A stretch of DNA of 63,566 nt, counting the filler, from Reclinomonas americana ATCC 50394 (Eukaryota): assembly GCA_048213135.1 (NCBI GenBank). It is 19 parts of 19 records of this genome, joined end to end, with 100 filler letters (N's around TTAATTAATTAA, not from the genome) between each part and the next. Parts side by side here need not be neighbours in the genome. Positions count along the whole stretch, not along the records: positions 20,264 to 21,644 come from AFZH01020029.1; positions 21,745 to 25,101 come from AFZH01020030.1; positions 25,202 to 28,306 come from AFZH01020032.1; positions 28,407 to 29,705 come from AFZH01020033.1; positions 29,806 to 35,821 come from AFZH01020034.1; 14 more parts are not named here. The stretch is one strand, 5' to 3'. Positions within the stretch are counted from its first letter, which is position 1; every line of letters starts with the position of its first letter. The notes under the pieces were generated by a model. It did no database searches. It was not told the origin of the DNA and saw only the letters and a program-made list of their open reading frames with translations. The translations under genes and the position numbers were made by a program. Positions 20,264 to 29,919 of this stretch are shown here, in pieces.

Positions 20264-20424
20264 TCTGCTACCTCGCCATGGGGATGTCGCAGGAGGCTGC
20301 GGCGCTCAAGGCTGGCTGCAGCCGCAATTCGGTGCAGCGCGCGCTGGATAAGTTCGGCCATCCCGATGGCCGCGCCGGCCGCCCCGCCACTTCACAGCTC
20401 GACATGTTCGACAAGACTGGCTGA
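20264..20424 (+). CDS. C-terminal HTH fragment of a Mor/C-like late-gene activator
   Basis: GMSQEAAALKAGCSRNSVQRAL HTH at the position of Mu C, immediately before the lysis genes. Confidence 0.55.
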
Positions 20425-20443
20425 CGGCCCCGCGCGGGGCCGT
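20424..20443. promoter_or_regulatory. Perfect 20-bp palindrome ACGGCCCCGCGCGGGGCCGT, copy 1 (before the lysis operon)
   Basis: Identical copy at 27242-27261. Confidence 0.75.
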
Positions 20444-20502
20444 GTCTCGCGCATCACCCGGCGCGCATCTTCGGCGCACGTTCCCGCGCCGGAGACCAGT
20501 CG

Positions 20503-20856
20503 ATGCGTCACTGCCTGCTTGCTTGGCTATGCCTGCTTGTTGTCGTGCTCGCTGCCGGCTGGCACGGCGCGGCGAGCGCCCATCAGGCCATGTCCGGCTG
20601 GTCCTATCCGTACGCCTGCTGTTCCGATCGCGATTGCGCCGAGATCTCGCCTGACACCGTACGCGAAGGGGCTGGTGGCTATCAGGTGACGGTCCGGCCC
20701 GGCAGCCACCCGATGTGGCCGAAGGTCCGGGCCGATCCGCTCGTGCTCGCGATCCCCTATCGCGAGACCAAGGCCTCGCCTGACGGCCGCTTCCATCTCT
20801 GCATCGACGGCTCCGGCAAGCTGCTCTGCTTCTTCGCCGCGATCGGGGGCTCCTGA
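20503..20856 (+). CDS. Secreted Cys-rich protein
   Basis: Signal peptide, then HQAMSGWSYPYACCSDRDC...SPDGRFHLC...LLCFF. Confidence 0.75.
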   Translation: MRHCLLAWLCLLVVVLAAGWHGAASAHQAMSGWSYPYACCSDRDCAEISPDTVREGAGGYQVTVRPGSHPMWPKVRADPLVLAIPYRETKASPDGRFHLCIDGSGKLLCFFAAIGGS

Positions 20857-21092
20857 TGCGGTTCGCCCTCGTTTGGAACTGGCGCCAGATCCTGCGCTAC
20901 GCCTGGTCGATCCGGCTGCTGCTGCTCGCCGGCTTGCTCTCCGGCGCTGAGGTCGCGCTGCCGCTGCTGCAATCCGTCGTCCCGGTGCCGGCAGGCGTAT
21001 TCGCGGCACTGTCCTTCTTCGCGACCGCCGGCGCCTTCGTCGCCCGCCTGATCGCGCAGGAGACCGTCTCCGGCGCCGGAGCCCAGCAATGA
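20856..21092 (+). CDS. Putative holin (2 TM)
   Basis: LVWNWRQILRYAWSIRL...VARLIAQ; small hydrophobic ORF directly before the endolysin. Confidence 0.75.
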   Translation: MRFALVWNWRQILRYAWSIRLLLLAGLLSGAEVALPLLQSVVPVPAGVFAALSFFATAGAFVARLIAQETVSGAGAQQ

Positions 21093-21568
21093 GCGCGGTG
21101 CTATCCATGCGCCCGCGCACCCGCCTGCAGAAGGGCACGGCAGCCGCAGCGCTCACCGTCACGTTAGTGGGCGGCTTCGAGGGGCTGCGCCTCAACGCCT
21201 ATCGCGACGTCGTCGGCGTGGCGACCGTCTGCTACGGCGAAACCCGCGGCGTCAAGCTCGGCGACCGGCACAGCAAGGCCGAGTGCGACGCGATGCTCCT
21301 CAAAGGCCTGCAGGAGTTCGAGCAGGGCGTGCTGGCCTGCACGGCCGTGCCGATGCCGGAGAAGCGCCAGGTGGCGATCGTCTCCTTCGCCTACAATGTC
21401 GGCACCGGCGCCTACTGCAAATCGAGCGTCGCCCGCCTGCTCAATGCCGGCCAGCCGGCGGCGGCCTGCGATGCGCTGCTGAAATGGAACAAGGCCGGCG
21501 GCATCGTCTTCCCCGGCCTGACCCGCCGGCGCCAGGCCGAACGCGCCCTCTGCCGCGAGGGCCTCTGA
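21089..21568 (+). CDS. Endolysin, GH24 lysozyme (possible SAR type)
   Basis: FEGLRLNAYRDVVGVATVCYGET (E-x8-D-x5-T), FAYNVG and GLTRRRQAE. Confidence 0.95.
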   Translation: MSAVLSMRPRTRLQKGTAAAALTVTLVGGFEGLRLNAYRDVVGVATVCYGETRGVKLGDRHSKAECDAMLLKGLQEFEQGVLACTAVPMPEKRQVAIVSFAYNVGTGAYCKSSVARLLNAGQPAAACDALLKWNKAGGIVFPGLTRRRQAERALCREGL

Positions 21569-21644
21569 TGTTGGCGGCCTGGGCGTTGCGGAACTGGAAG
21601 GGGCTGGCCGCCGGCGGAGCCGTCCTGGTGCTGCTCGCGCTCGC
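21568..21644 (+). CDS. Probable Rz-like i-spanin, N-terminus only
   Basis: N-terminal TM segment coupled to the endolysin stop codon. Confidence 0.45.
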
Positions 21645-21782
21645 NNNNNNNNNNNNNNNNNNNNNNNNNNNNNNNNNNNNNNNNNNNNTTAATTAATTAA
21701 NNNNNNNNNNNNNNNNNNNNNNNNNNNNNNNNNNNNNNNNNNNNCGGGCGGCTGCCGTCGCGGCCGTCGATGGAGTGGTGCG

Positions 21783-22139
21783 GTGAACGACTTGCTGTCC
21801 TTTCTGCAGGCCTATGGCGGCGTGCTGTCACTGGTGGGCTCGCTCGTCATCCTGCTCCTATCGACGAAGTTCGTGACCAAGGTCGATCACGACCGGGCGA
21901 CGGAGTCGCTGGACGGCAAGTTCAACCGCGCGATCGACAAGGCCGACAAGATCGAGGATCGCGTGGCGGCGCTCGAAAACGAATTCCGGCACCTTCCGGA
22001 CCGCGGCTCTGTCCACACCATCCAGCTCGCTCTGGCCGATGTGAAAGGCGAGCTGAAGGCCATGGGCGAGCAGATGAAGCCCATCGCCGCCACCTCCGAA
22101 CGCTTACAGGAATTCTTGCTCGAGCAGGCCCGCAAATGA
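21783..22139 (+). CDS. DUF2730-type protein (Mu gp25-like)
   Basis: N-terminal TM, coiled coil, LENEFRHLPD...LQEFLLE. Confidence 0.75.
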   Translation: MNDLLSFLQAYGGVLSLVGSLVILLLSTKFVTKVDHDRATESLDGKFNRAIDKADKIEDRVAALENEFRHLPDRGSVHTIQLALADVKGELKAMGEQMKPIAATSERLQEFLLEQARK

Positions 22140-22435
22140 GCTTCGACACTCTCGTCCGTCAGGAAGCCCGCCTCATCATCCTGCGTGCGCTCGAGGAGCA
22201 GCCGGACGGCCGGCTGAATTCCGAGCTGCTGCGGGTCACGCTCGACTCCTTCGGCATCAGCAAGAGCCGCGACTGGGTCCACGACGAGCTCAACTGGCTC
22301 GTGTCGATGGCGGCGATCACCGTCGTCACCGCCGGCACGGTGCGCGTCGCCCAGCTGACGGCGAAGGGTTCCGATCATGTGCATCGGCGCCTTGTGATCG
22401 AAGGCATCAAGCGCCCGTCGCGTCCGGAGGCCTGA
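22136..22435 (+). CDS. Mu gp26-like winged-helix protein
   Basis: EARLIILRALEEQ...SRDWVHDELNWL...LTAKGSDHV...GIKRPS. Confidence 0.8.
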   Translation: MSFDTLVRQEARLIILRALEEQPDGRLNSELLRVTLDSFGISKSRDWVHDELNWLVSMAAITVVTAGTVRVAQLTAKGSDHVHRRLVIEGIKRPSRPEA

Positions 22436-22438
22436 GCC

Positions 22439-23008
22439 ATGGCCGGCAGCAAGAACCGGCTCTCCTCGCTCGATCTCGTCCCGGAGGATGCACAGGACGA
22501 TATCGTCTGGGCGATCGGCGAGCTCAATCAGCGTACCCGCACTCAGGCGGAAATCCTGCTGGACCTGAATGCTCGGCTGGCGCTCAAGGGCGTCGAACCG
22601 ATTAGCTCCTCTGCCTTCAACCGAAAGGCCGTGAAGCTGCGGGCGGTGCAGATCCGGCTCGACGAAGCCCGTTACATCTTCACCGGCATCGCCGACCAAT
22701 TCACGCCCGAGAAGGTCGACGACAACAGCATCGTACTCGGAGAGTTCATCAAGATGCTGGTTTTCGAGCTCACCCAAGCCGATGCCAGCGAGCGCACGCC
22801 GAAGATGGCCATGGAGCTGGCCCGCGCCTTCCATGACACGGTGAAGGGCCAGGCGATGTCAGCGGCCCGCCGCAGCAAGCTCGAAAGCGAGTTCAAGGAG
22901 AAGGCCGGGGCGGCCCTTGCCAGCGTCGCCAAGAAGGCCGGCCTGTCGGCCGAGCGAGTCGAGGAACTGCGCGACGAATTCCTCAACCTGGCGGACAAGC
23001 CGAGATGA
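22439..23008 (+). CDS. Small terminase subunit (Mu gp27 / DUF3486)
   Basis: RLSSLDLVPE...ISSSAFNR...KAGLSAERVEELR; precedes the large terminase. Confidence 0.85.
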   Translation: MAGSKNRLSSLDLVPEDAQDDIVWAIGELNQRTRTQAEILLDLNARLALKGVEPISSSAFNRKAVKLRAVQIRLDEARYIFTGIADQFTPEKVDDNSIVLGEFIKMLVFELTQADASERTPKMAMELARAFHDTVKGQAMSAARRSKLESEFKEKAGAALASVAKKAGLSAERVEELRDEFLNLADKPR

Positions 23009-24681
23009 GCGCGACGGTCCAGGAGGAGTTCAAGATCGGCCGGGCGATCTCGGCCGAGGAGTGGAAGGCGCTGCGCGAGCAGTCGCTCTACGGCCTGCCG
23101 CCAGAGCTGCAGGAGCTGCCGCGCTCCGAGATCCTGCTCGGCTATCAGAAGCGCTCGATCCGCGCCCGCCTCCTGCACGAAGTCACCTTCATCGAGAAGA
23201 GCCGGCGCACCGGGCTGACCTGGGCCTTCGCCGCCGACGCGGTGCTGGTCTCGGCTGCCGAGCGCGTCGCGGGTGGCATGGACACCTTCTACATCGGCTA
23301 CAATCTGGAGATGGCGCGCGAGTTCATCGACGTCTGCGCCATGTGGGCCAAGCTCTTCGCCAAGGCCGCGCTCGATACCGGCGAATATGTCTTCGAGGAT
23401 CTCGACCCGGCGACCGGCGAGACGCGCCAGATCAAGGCCTTCCGCATCCGCTTCGCCTCCGGCTTCGAGATCGTGGCGCTGCCGTCCCGGCCGCGCTCGC
23501 TGCGCGGCAAGCAGGGCTATGTCATCGTCGACGAGGCCGCGTTCCATGACGATCTCGCCGAGCTGCTGAAGGCGGCGATGGCGCTGCTGATCTGGGGCGG
23601 CATGGTCGTGGTGATCTCGACCCATAACGGCGAGGCCAACGCCTTCAACCAGTATGTCAAGGACATCCGCGCCGGCCGCTACGATTACGGCCTGGTGCGC
23701 ATCGATTTCGACGAGGCGCTGCGCGAAGGGCTTTATCAGCGCATCTGCCAGCGCAAGGGCGAAGCCTGGACGGCAGAAGGCGAAGCCGGCTGGCGCGCCA
23801 AGATCATCGCACACTACGGCGACGGCGCCGATGAGGAGCTTTTCTGCATCCCTGCGGAAGGCTCCGGCGTCTGGATCCTGCCGGCCGTCGTCGAGGCCAA
23901 TATGAAGCCCGACGCCAAGGTGCTGCGCTGGGAGATGCCGAGCGCCTTCGCTGCCCAGCCGGCGCATTTGCGCCGTTCGGCGGCAGAGGCCTGGCTGGCG
24001 GCGAATGTCGAGCCGCTGCTGCATCGCATCCTGCCGGACGCGCCGAGCTATTTCGGCATGGACTTCGCGCGCGTCGCCGACGCCACCGACATCTGGCCGA
24101 TCCAGATGGCGGCCGGCATGCATCGCTACTGCCCGTTCGTGATCGAGCTCCGCAACATCCCGTTCGACGAGCAGGAGTTCGTCCTCTGGTGGATGATCGC
24201 TCGCCTGCCGCGCTTCGGCGGCGGCGCTATCGACGCCGGCGGCAATGGCGCCGCGATCGCCGAGCGCACCGCCCAGCGCTGGGGCATGGAGCGCATCGCC
24301 CAGATCAAGTTCTCGGTCGACTGGTATCGCGACAACATGCCGAAGCTGAAGGCGACGCTGGAAGCTACCGGCATGGACGTCCCGAACGATGTCGAGGTCG
24401 GCAACGACTTCCGCGTCGTCCGGATGATCGACGGCGTCGCCCGCATCCCGAGGGTGCGGACGACCGAGAAAGGCGAAGGCGCAGCCGAGGGCAAGAAGCG
24501 CAAGCGCCATGGCGACGCCGCGATCGCGGCCGCACTGGCCCATTTCGCCTCGGTCATGCCGATCGTCGTCTACGATTACCAGCGGGTCACCGAGGCTGGC
24601 CTCGCCGGCGGCGGCCTTGGCGCCAGCCCCTTCGCTGAGTCCTTCGGCGGCTTGTTCCCCTCGCTTCGCGGAGGCCTGTGA
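23005..24681 (+). CDS. Large terminase subunit (Mu gp28-like)
   Basis: EKSRRTGLTW, VIVDEAAFH, ISTHNG, GMDFAR and HGDAAIA. Confidence 0.93.
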   Translation: MSATVQEEFKIGRAISAEEWKALREQSLYGLPPELQELPRSEILLGYQKRSIRARLLHEVTFIEKSRRTGLTWAFAADAVLVSAAERVAGGMDTFYIGYNLEMAREFIDVCAMWAKLFAKAALDTGEYVFEDLDPATGETRQIKAFRIRFASGFEIVALPSRPRSLRGKQGYVIVDEAAFHDDLAELLKAAMALLIWGGMVVVISTHNGEANAFNQYVKDIRAGRYDYGLVRIDFDEALREGLYQRICQRKGEAWTAEGEAGWRAKIIAHYGDGADEELFCIPAEGSGVWILPAVVEANMKPDAKVLRWEMPSAFAAQPAHLRRSAAEAWLAANVEPLLHRILPDAPSYFGMDFARVADATDIWPIQMAAGMHRYCPFVIELRNIPFDEQEFVLWWMIARLPRFGGGAIDAGGNGAAIAERTAQRWGMERIAQIKFSVDWYRDNMPKLKATLEATGMDVPNDVEVGNDFRVVRMIDGVARIPRVRTTEKGEGAAEGKKRKRHGDAAIAAALAHFASVMPIVVYDYQRVTEAGLAGGGLGASPFAESFGGLFPSLRGGL

Positions 24682-25085
24682 TGCCGCGCTATTCTCGCGT
24701 CCTCGGTCCTGATGGGGAGCGCGTCGACATGGACGCGCTGTTCGGGGAACCGCAGGCCGCGCCGCAGCTCTACGGCTACCGCCAGGTGCAGTCCGTCCAG
24801 CATGTCGACGGCTTGACGCCCTGGAAGATGGCGGTGATCCATCGCGCCGCCGCCCATGGCGAGCCGCAGGCCTGGCTGGAGCTCGCCGAGGACATCGAGG
24901 AGCGCGACCCGCATTACCTCTCGGTGCTCGGCACCCGCAAGCGCCAGGTCTGCCAGCTGCCGATGACGGTCGAGGCGGCGAGCGACGCGCCCGAGCACGT
25001 CAAGCACGCCGATTTCGTCCGGGAGTGGCTGAAGGAGGGCGTCCTGGATGATGCCCTGTTCGACATGCTCGATGACCATCCGACG
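24678..25085 (+). CDS. Portal protein (Mu gp29 / DUF935), 5' part
   Basis: LELAEDIEERDPHYLSVLGTRKRQV; the apparent stop falls inside adapter sequence. Confidence 0.88.
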
Positions 25086-25100
25086 TGAGACTGCCAAGGC
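25086..25100 (+). other. Untrimmed 454 adapter B remnant
   Basis: TGAGACTGCCAAGGC at the contig end matches the reverse complement of 454 adapter B (CTGAGACTGCCAAGGCACAC...). Confidence 0.85.
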
Positions 25101-25332
25101 CNNNNNNNNNNNNNNNNNNNNNNNNNNNNNNNNNNNNNNNNNNNNTTAATTAATTAANNNNNNNNNNNNNNNNNNNNNNNNNNNNNNNNNNNNNNNNNNN
25201 NAAGGTGGCCCCTCCTCGCGGATTATGCGCTGGCGGGCCACAGGCGCTTCAATTCCGGTTTGAAGGAATTCTCCGGGGCATCGGGGCCCGAAGCGGCCAC
25301 GGGCCTCAGCGGGCTTCCTACGGGCTCGCGTC

Positions 25333-26553
25333 ATGACGACGACGATGAGCGCCATCGGCCTGCCGTTCGACGAGGCGATCGACTATCTCCGGCAGAAGAC
25401 GAACGTCACCTCCACCGGCTGGACCGATGTCTGGCAGAAGGCCAACGCCAAGGCGTTCACCGTCGCCGGCGCGACCTCGATGGCGCTGGTCGAGGATTTC
25501 CGCCGCGAGGTGGCGAAGGCGCTCGAAACCGGTTCGACGATCCAGGAGTTCCGCAAGACGTTCGACGACATCGTCCGGCGTCATGGATGGGATCATGTCG
25601 GCAAGCCGGGCTGGCGCTCCCGGGTGATCTTCGAGACCAATCTCGGCATGGCGTATTCGGCTGGCCGCTACGCCCAGCAGACCGAACCGGCGACGCTCGC
25701 CGCCTTCCCGTACTGGCAGTATGTCCACTCCGGCGCGAAGCACCCGCGCAAGCAGCATCTCGCCTGGAACGGCACCGTGCTGCGTGCCGACGATCCGTTC
25801 TGGGACTGGGCCTATCCACCCAATGGTTGGGGCTGCGGCTGCCGGGTGCGCCCCGTCAGTGAAGCGGGCTTGAAGCGCCAGGGCCGCTCCGGCGTCGACC
25901 AAGCGCCGGAGCGCCTGCCTATTACTCATGTGGACCGGAAAACCGGCGAGGTGCTGAAGGGCTCGCAGGGCGTGGATATCGGCTTCGACTACAATCCGGG
26001 CCAGGTCTGGAAGAATGCGCCGGGCACAGCGGTTCCCGGCCTGACGCCGACCGCGCCAGCTTTGCCTCCCTTGACTGATCCCCACGATGTCGAGGCCTTC
26101 GCCGAGCGAGTTCTGGCTGGCCAAGTGCAGAGCCATGCCGAGAGCGTTGCAGCGGCGCGGCTTCCCGAGCACCTGGCCGAAGTTCTAGGCGGCGGGCGCC
26201 GCGATATCGAGCTCAGCGCCTTCCGGATACTGAAGGTCGCAGGCCGCGCCGACGAGGTCGGTGGCCGGGCGAGCAACCCGCATCCCGAGATCACGCCGGA
26301 TGACTGGTCCAGCCTGCATCAGATCATCCGCGACGGCACGGTTCACCTCGACGCCGCGCAGCGCGGCCGCCATCGGCAGCTCGTCTTCCACTGGTTTGAT
26401 CCAGGCACCGTTAAAAAGCGCCAGCTCATGCTGATCGTCCGCCGCGTCCCGCGGCCGGGCGGCGGGGAGCGGCTGATAATCCCGAATTTCGAGCAGACCG
26501 GCGAACGGCGGCGCAAGCGCGTCACCGCCAAGCTGCGCGAGATCCGGAAATGA
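25333..26553 (+). CDS. MuF head morphogenesis protein with a C-terminal extension (PBECR-like nuclease fold suspected)
   Basis: FDEAIDYLRQK, AFTVAGA, IFETNL, HPRKQHLAWNG, YPPNGWGCGCRV and GFDYNPG, then ~170 extra aa including HPEITPDDWSSLHQIIRDG. Confidence 0.9.
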   Translation: MTTTMSAIGLPFDEAIDYLRQKTNVTSTGWTDVWQKANAKAFTVAGATSMALVEDFRREVAKALETGSTIQEFRKTFDDIVRRHGWDHVGKPGWRSRVIFETNLGMAYSAGRYAQQTEPATLAAFPYWQYVHSGAKHPRKQHLAWNGTVLRADDPFWDWAYPPNGWGCGCRVRPVSEAGLKRQGRSGVDQAPERLPITHVDRKTGEVLKGSQGVDIGFDYNPGQVWKNAPGTAVPGLTPTAPALPPLTDPHDVEAFAERVLAGQVQSHAESVAAARLPEHLAEVLGGGRRDIELSAFRILKVAGRADEVGGRASNPHPEITPDDWSSLHQIIRDGTVHLDAAQRGRHRQLVFHWFDPGTVKKRQLMLIVRRVPRPGGGERLIIPNFEQTGERRRKRVTAKLREIRK

Positions 26554-26555
26554 AA

Positions 26556-26638
26556 GAGGCGGGGCGATCAGGGGGTCGTTACATCCCCGCGGTGCAGATG
26601 ACCGGCGCACGAAGCAGCTTGCTTGATCGCCCCGCTTC
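26556..26638 (+). ncRNA. Candidate structured RNA: 15-bp closing stem enclosing internal hairpins
   Basis: GAGGCGGGGCGATCA (26556-26570) pairs with TGATCGCCCCGCTTC (26624-26638); inner GGGG/CCCC, CGGT/ACCG and AAGCA/TGCTT stems. Confidence 0.5.
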
Positions 26639-26668
26639 AAAATGGAGCCAAACGAGGTTGAACGCAAG

Positions 26669-27202
26669 GTGAGCTTCACCGTCACCTTCTCCTTCGATTG
26701 GGCCGCCGCCAGCTCGGCCTTCCAGCGCCTTCAGCACGTCATGGCGGACACGACGCCGATCACGCGTGCGATCGGCGTCGGCCTGGTCGCCTCGACGCAG
26801 GATCGCTTTGACGACGAGGTCGCGCCGGACGGCTCGGCCTGGGCTCCGCTCAATCCGCTCTACGCTGGCGGCAAGCGAGGCGCCGGCATCCTGCGCGAGA
26901 GCGCCATGCGCGGCGGCTTGCAGGGCTCGATTACCTACCGCGCCGCCCGCACTGAGGTTCAGGTCGGCAGCAACAAGATCTATGCCGGCGTCCATCAGGG
27001 CGGCGCCGTCGTCACCGCGAAGAATGGCCCGTTCCTCGTCTTCAAGATGGGCGGCAAGCTGGTGAAGACGCCTTCCGTCGAGATCCCGGCGCGTCCCTTC
27101 GTCGGCATCAGCAGTGACGACCAGGTCCTGATCCTCGACGTGGTCGAAGGCGGTCTTGCCCGCGCCCTCGGTTCCGGGCCATCATCCGGTAGCAAGCGCT
27201 GA
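26669..27202 (+). CDS. Virion morphogenesis protein (Mu gpG-like)
   Basis: STQDRFDDEVAPDGSAWAPL...VGSNKIYAGVHQGG...IPARPFVGIS. Confidence 0.92.
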   Translation: MSFTVTFSFDWAAASSAFQRLQHVMADTTPITRAIGVGLVASTQDRFDDEVAPDGSAWAPLNPLYAGGKRGAGILRESAMRGGLQGSITYRAARTEVQVGSNKIYAGVHQGGAVVTAKNGPFLVFKMGGKLVKTPSVEIPARPFVGISSDDQVLILDVVEGGLARALGSGPSSGSKR

Positions 27203-27241
27203 TCGCTTCGCGCTGACACCCCCTTCTTGCGATCTGGATGG

Positions 27242-27261
27242 ACGGCCCCGCGCGGGGCCGT
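27242..27261. promoter_or_regulatory. Perfect 20-bp palindrome, copy 2 (before the protease/capsid operon)
   Basis: Identical to 20424-20443, with the shared flank GTC-x-CGCGC. Confidence 0.75.
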
Positions 27262-27297
27262 GTCGCGCGCCTTTGCCGCCGGCCACATTCGGGGGCG

Positions 27298-28306
27298 ATG
27301 AAGACGATTGTTTCCTCCCTTCACTTCCAGATCCCGGCGACGGGTGAGGTTCCCGAATGGGTCCACCTCACTCCCGTCGGGACCTTTTCTGGAGTGGATG
27401 GGCGCGGGCCGTTCAGGCTCGAGGATGCAGCCGCCGTCATCGCCGATAGCCTCTCGGCCGGGAAGCTCCCGATCGACGAGAACCATGCCACCGACACGGC
27501 TGCGCCAGAAGGGCGCCCGTCGCCGGCGCGCGGCTGGATCGTCGCGATGGAAGCCCGGTCGGATGGCATCTGGGGCAAGGTCGAATGGACCAATGCCGGC
27601 CGCGAGCTCCTGGCTGACAAAGCCTATCGCGGCATCTCCCCGGTGCTGCTGTCGACGAAGGTGGAAGGCCGCGTGCTCAAGATCCTGCGCGCCGCGCTGA
27701 CGAACGATCCGAACCTCAACCTGACTTCTCTTCACTCGCGGAGCGAACCCATGGAATTCGTCGCAAAGCTGCGCCAGGCACTCGGCCTGAAGGACGATGC
27801 GGCCGAGGACGCGGTGCTGGCAGCGGCGACGTCGGCCCATGCCGCCGTCGCCGGCCGGGCCGATGACCTCAAGCGCTTCGCCGAGGCCGCCGGTCTCGCT
27901 GCGGCGACGAGCGCCGACCAGGTCGTGACCCACCTCAACGCGACCCGCTCCGCCGGCGGCGATGCCGTCACTCTGCGCCAGACCGTCGTCGACCTGCAGT
28001 CGCGGCTCGACACGGTCACAGCGGAGCGCTCGAAGGACAAGGCCACCCAGGCGGTAGACGCCGCGATCGCGGCCGGCAAGCCGATCGTCGCCATGCGCGA
28101 CCACTACATCGAGCGCCACCAGAAGGACCCGGCCGGTGTCGACAAGGAACTGGCCGCGCTGCCCTCGATCAATTCGGGCGGCATCGTAACGCCGCCGAAG
28201 GACGCCCCTCTCGCCGCCGGCACGTCCGCCGCCGAGATCATCGCCAAGGCCGAGGCGCACCGGGCCGAGCAGGCCAAGAACGGCATCACGATCTCGTCGA
28301 CCGACG
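27298..28306 (+). CDS. Mu gpI-like head protease/scaffold, 3' partial
   Basis: PEWVHLTPVG...DGRGPF...LPIDENH...PARGWI...YRGISPV...ALTNDPNL. Confidence 0.92.
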
Positions 28307-28406
28307 NNNNNNNNNNNNNNNNNNNNNNNNNNNNNNNNNNNNNNNNNNNNTTAATTAATTAANNNNNNNNNNNNNNNNNNNNNNNNNNNNNNNNNNNNNN
28401 NNNNNN

Positions 28407-29365
28407 CCACTGCTCGTCCTTTCCTCGTCGATCCCGTCCTGACGGCGATCTCGATCAAGTTCGCCAACCCCGACGTCAACCTGATCGCCGACAGGGTGCT
28501 GCCGCGCGTGCCGGTCGGCGGTGAGAAGTTTTCCTGGCTGAAGTTCCCGGTCGAGGACAGCTTCACCGTCCCCAACACTTTCGTCGGCCGCAAGGGACGT
28601 CCGAACCAGATCGAGGTCGGCGCGACCGAGGAACAGGCCGCGGTCGAGGACTACGGTCTCGACGATCTCGTGCCGAATTCGGACGTCGCCGCGGCCGCCC
28701 AGCAGCGCGCCGCCGGCTTCTCGACCTATGATCCGGAGGCGCGCGCCTCCGAGGTGCTGACCGATCTCGTTCTGCTCGATCGCGAGATCCGCGTGGCGGC
28801 GAAGGTCTTCGACCTCAACACTTATCCCGCCGCCAATCGGCGGACGCTCGCCGGCACCTCGCAGTTCTCGGATTTCGCCAATTCCGACCCGATCGGCGTC
28901 GTCAACGACGCGCTGGACTCCACCTTCGTGATGCGGCCGAACAAAATGGTGATCGGCCAGGCGGCCTGGACCAAGTTCCGCTCGCACCCGCACATCGTCA
29001 ATGCGGTCAAGGGCGGCAACCTCAACAAGGGCAATGCCACCCGCGAGCAGGTCGCCGAGCTCTTCGAGCTGCAGGAGGTCATCGTCGGCTCGTCCTTCGT
29101 CAACACGGCGAAGAAGGGTCAGGCGGCGGTGATGAACCGGGTTTGGGGCAAGCACATCTCGCTGATCTACCAGAACAGCGTCGCCGGGCCCGATGCCGGC
29201 ATGACCTTCGGCTACACGGCGCAGTACGGCACGCGCCTCGCCGGCCGCATTCCCGATCCCAACATCGGCCTGCAGGGCGGCAACTCCATCCGTGTCGGCG
29301 AGCGCGTCAAGGAAATGATCGCCGCGCCGGCCGTCGCCTACTTCCTGCAGAACGTGATCGCCTGA
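28407..29365 (+). CDS. Major capsid protein, 5' partial
   Basis: FLVDPVLTAISIKFAN...IADRVLPRVPV...SDPIG...RPNKMVIG...VWGKHI; follows the protease gene. Confidence 0.85.
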
Positions 29366-29390
29366 CGGACGGTCGCGGGGCCTTCCTGCG

Positions 29391-29419
29391 AAAGCCCTCG
29401 CCTCGCTGGCGAGGGCTTT
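29391..29419 (+). terminator. Hairpin after the capsid gene
   Basis: AAAGCCCTCGCC-TCGCT-GGCGAGGGCTTT. Confidence 0.65.
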
Positions 29420-29457
29420 GAAAAGGGCCTTCAAGCCTCGTTTCAAGGAGCCAGACC

Positions 29458-29919
29458 ATGGCGAAGCTCAAGCACCTGGTCCTGTCGAAGCTGACCTTCG
29501 ACGGGAAAGACTACGGCCCAGCCGAGGACGAGAAGACGATCGTGCTCGATGAGAAAATCGCCGGCCCGCTGGTCGACGCCGGCGTCCTCAGCGAAGGCGC
29601 CGTGGTCGCTGCGCCCGAGGGCGAGGAACGGTCTGCCGCACTGGTCGAATTCTTCAAGACGCTGGCCATGGGCGACTTCACCGCCGCCGGCGGCCTGCGC
29701 GCCGANNNNNNNNNNNNNNNNNNNNNNNNNNNNNNNNNNNNNNNNNNNNTTAATTAATTAANNNNNNNNNNNNNNNNNNNNNNNNNNNNNNNNNNNNNNN
29801 NNNNNGGCCTGCGCGCCGAGGCTAAGCGCCGCGCCATCGCCGCCATCGGTTTCGAGCCGACCGACGAGGAACTGAGGGACGCCGCCAAGGCTTTCGCCGA
29901 GGCCCAGGCCAGCGCCTGA
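29458..29919 (+). CDS. Hypothetical head-region protein (the flanking contigs overlap, so this gap is spurious)
   Basis: GGCCTGCGCGCCGA ends one contig and starts the next; the merged frame reads ...AAGGLRAEAKRRAIAAIGFEP...QASA*. Confidence 0.7.

Noticed and set aside
22672..24543. Long antisense ORFs (also 30785-32422, 35997-37556, 55694-57283 and others)
   Set aside because: These are shadow frames of high-GC coding genes on the opposite strand, with no recognisable motifs.
24678..25101. Portal gene truncated by a premature stop (defective prophage)
   Set aside because: The TGA belongs to the 454 adapter remnant at the contig end.
26556..26638. Canonical tRNA gene
   Set aside because: It lacks the GTTCRA T-loop, D-loop consensus and 7-bp acceptor geometry; kept only as a candidate structured RNA.
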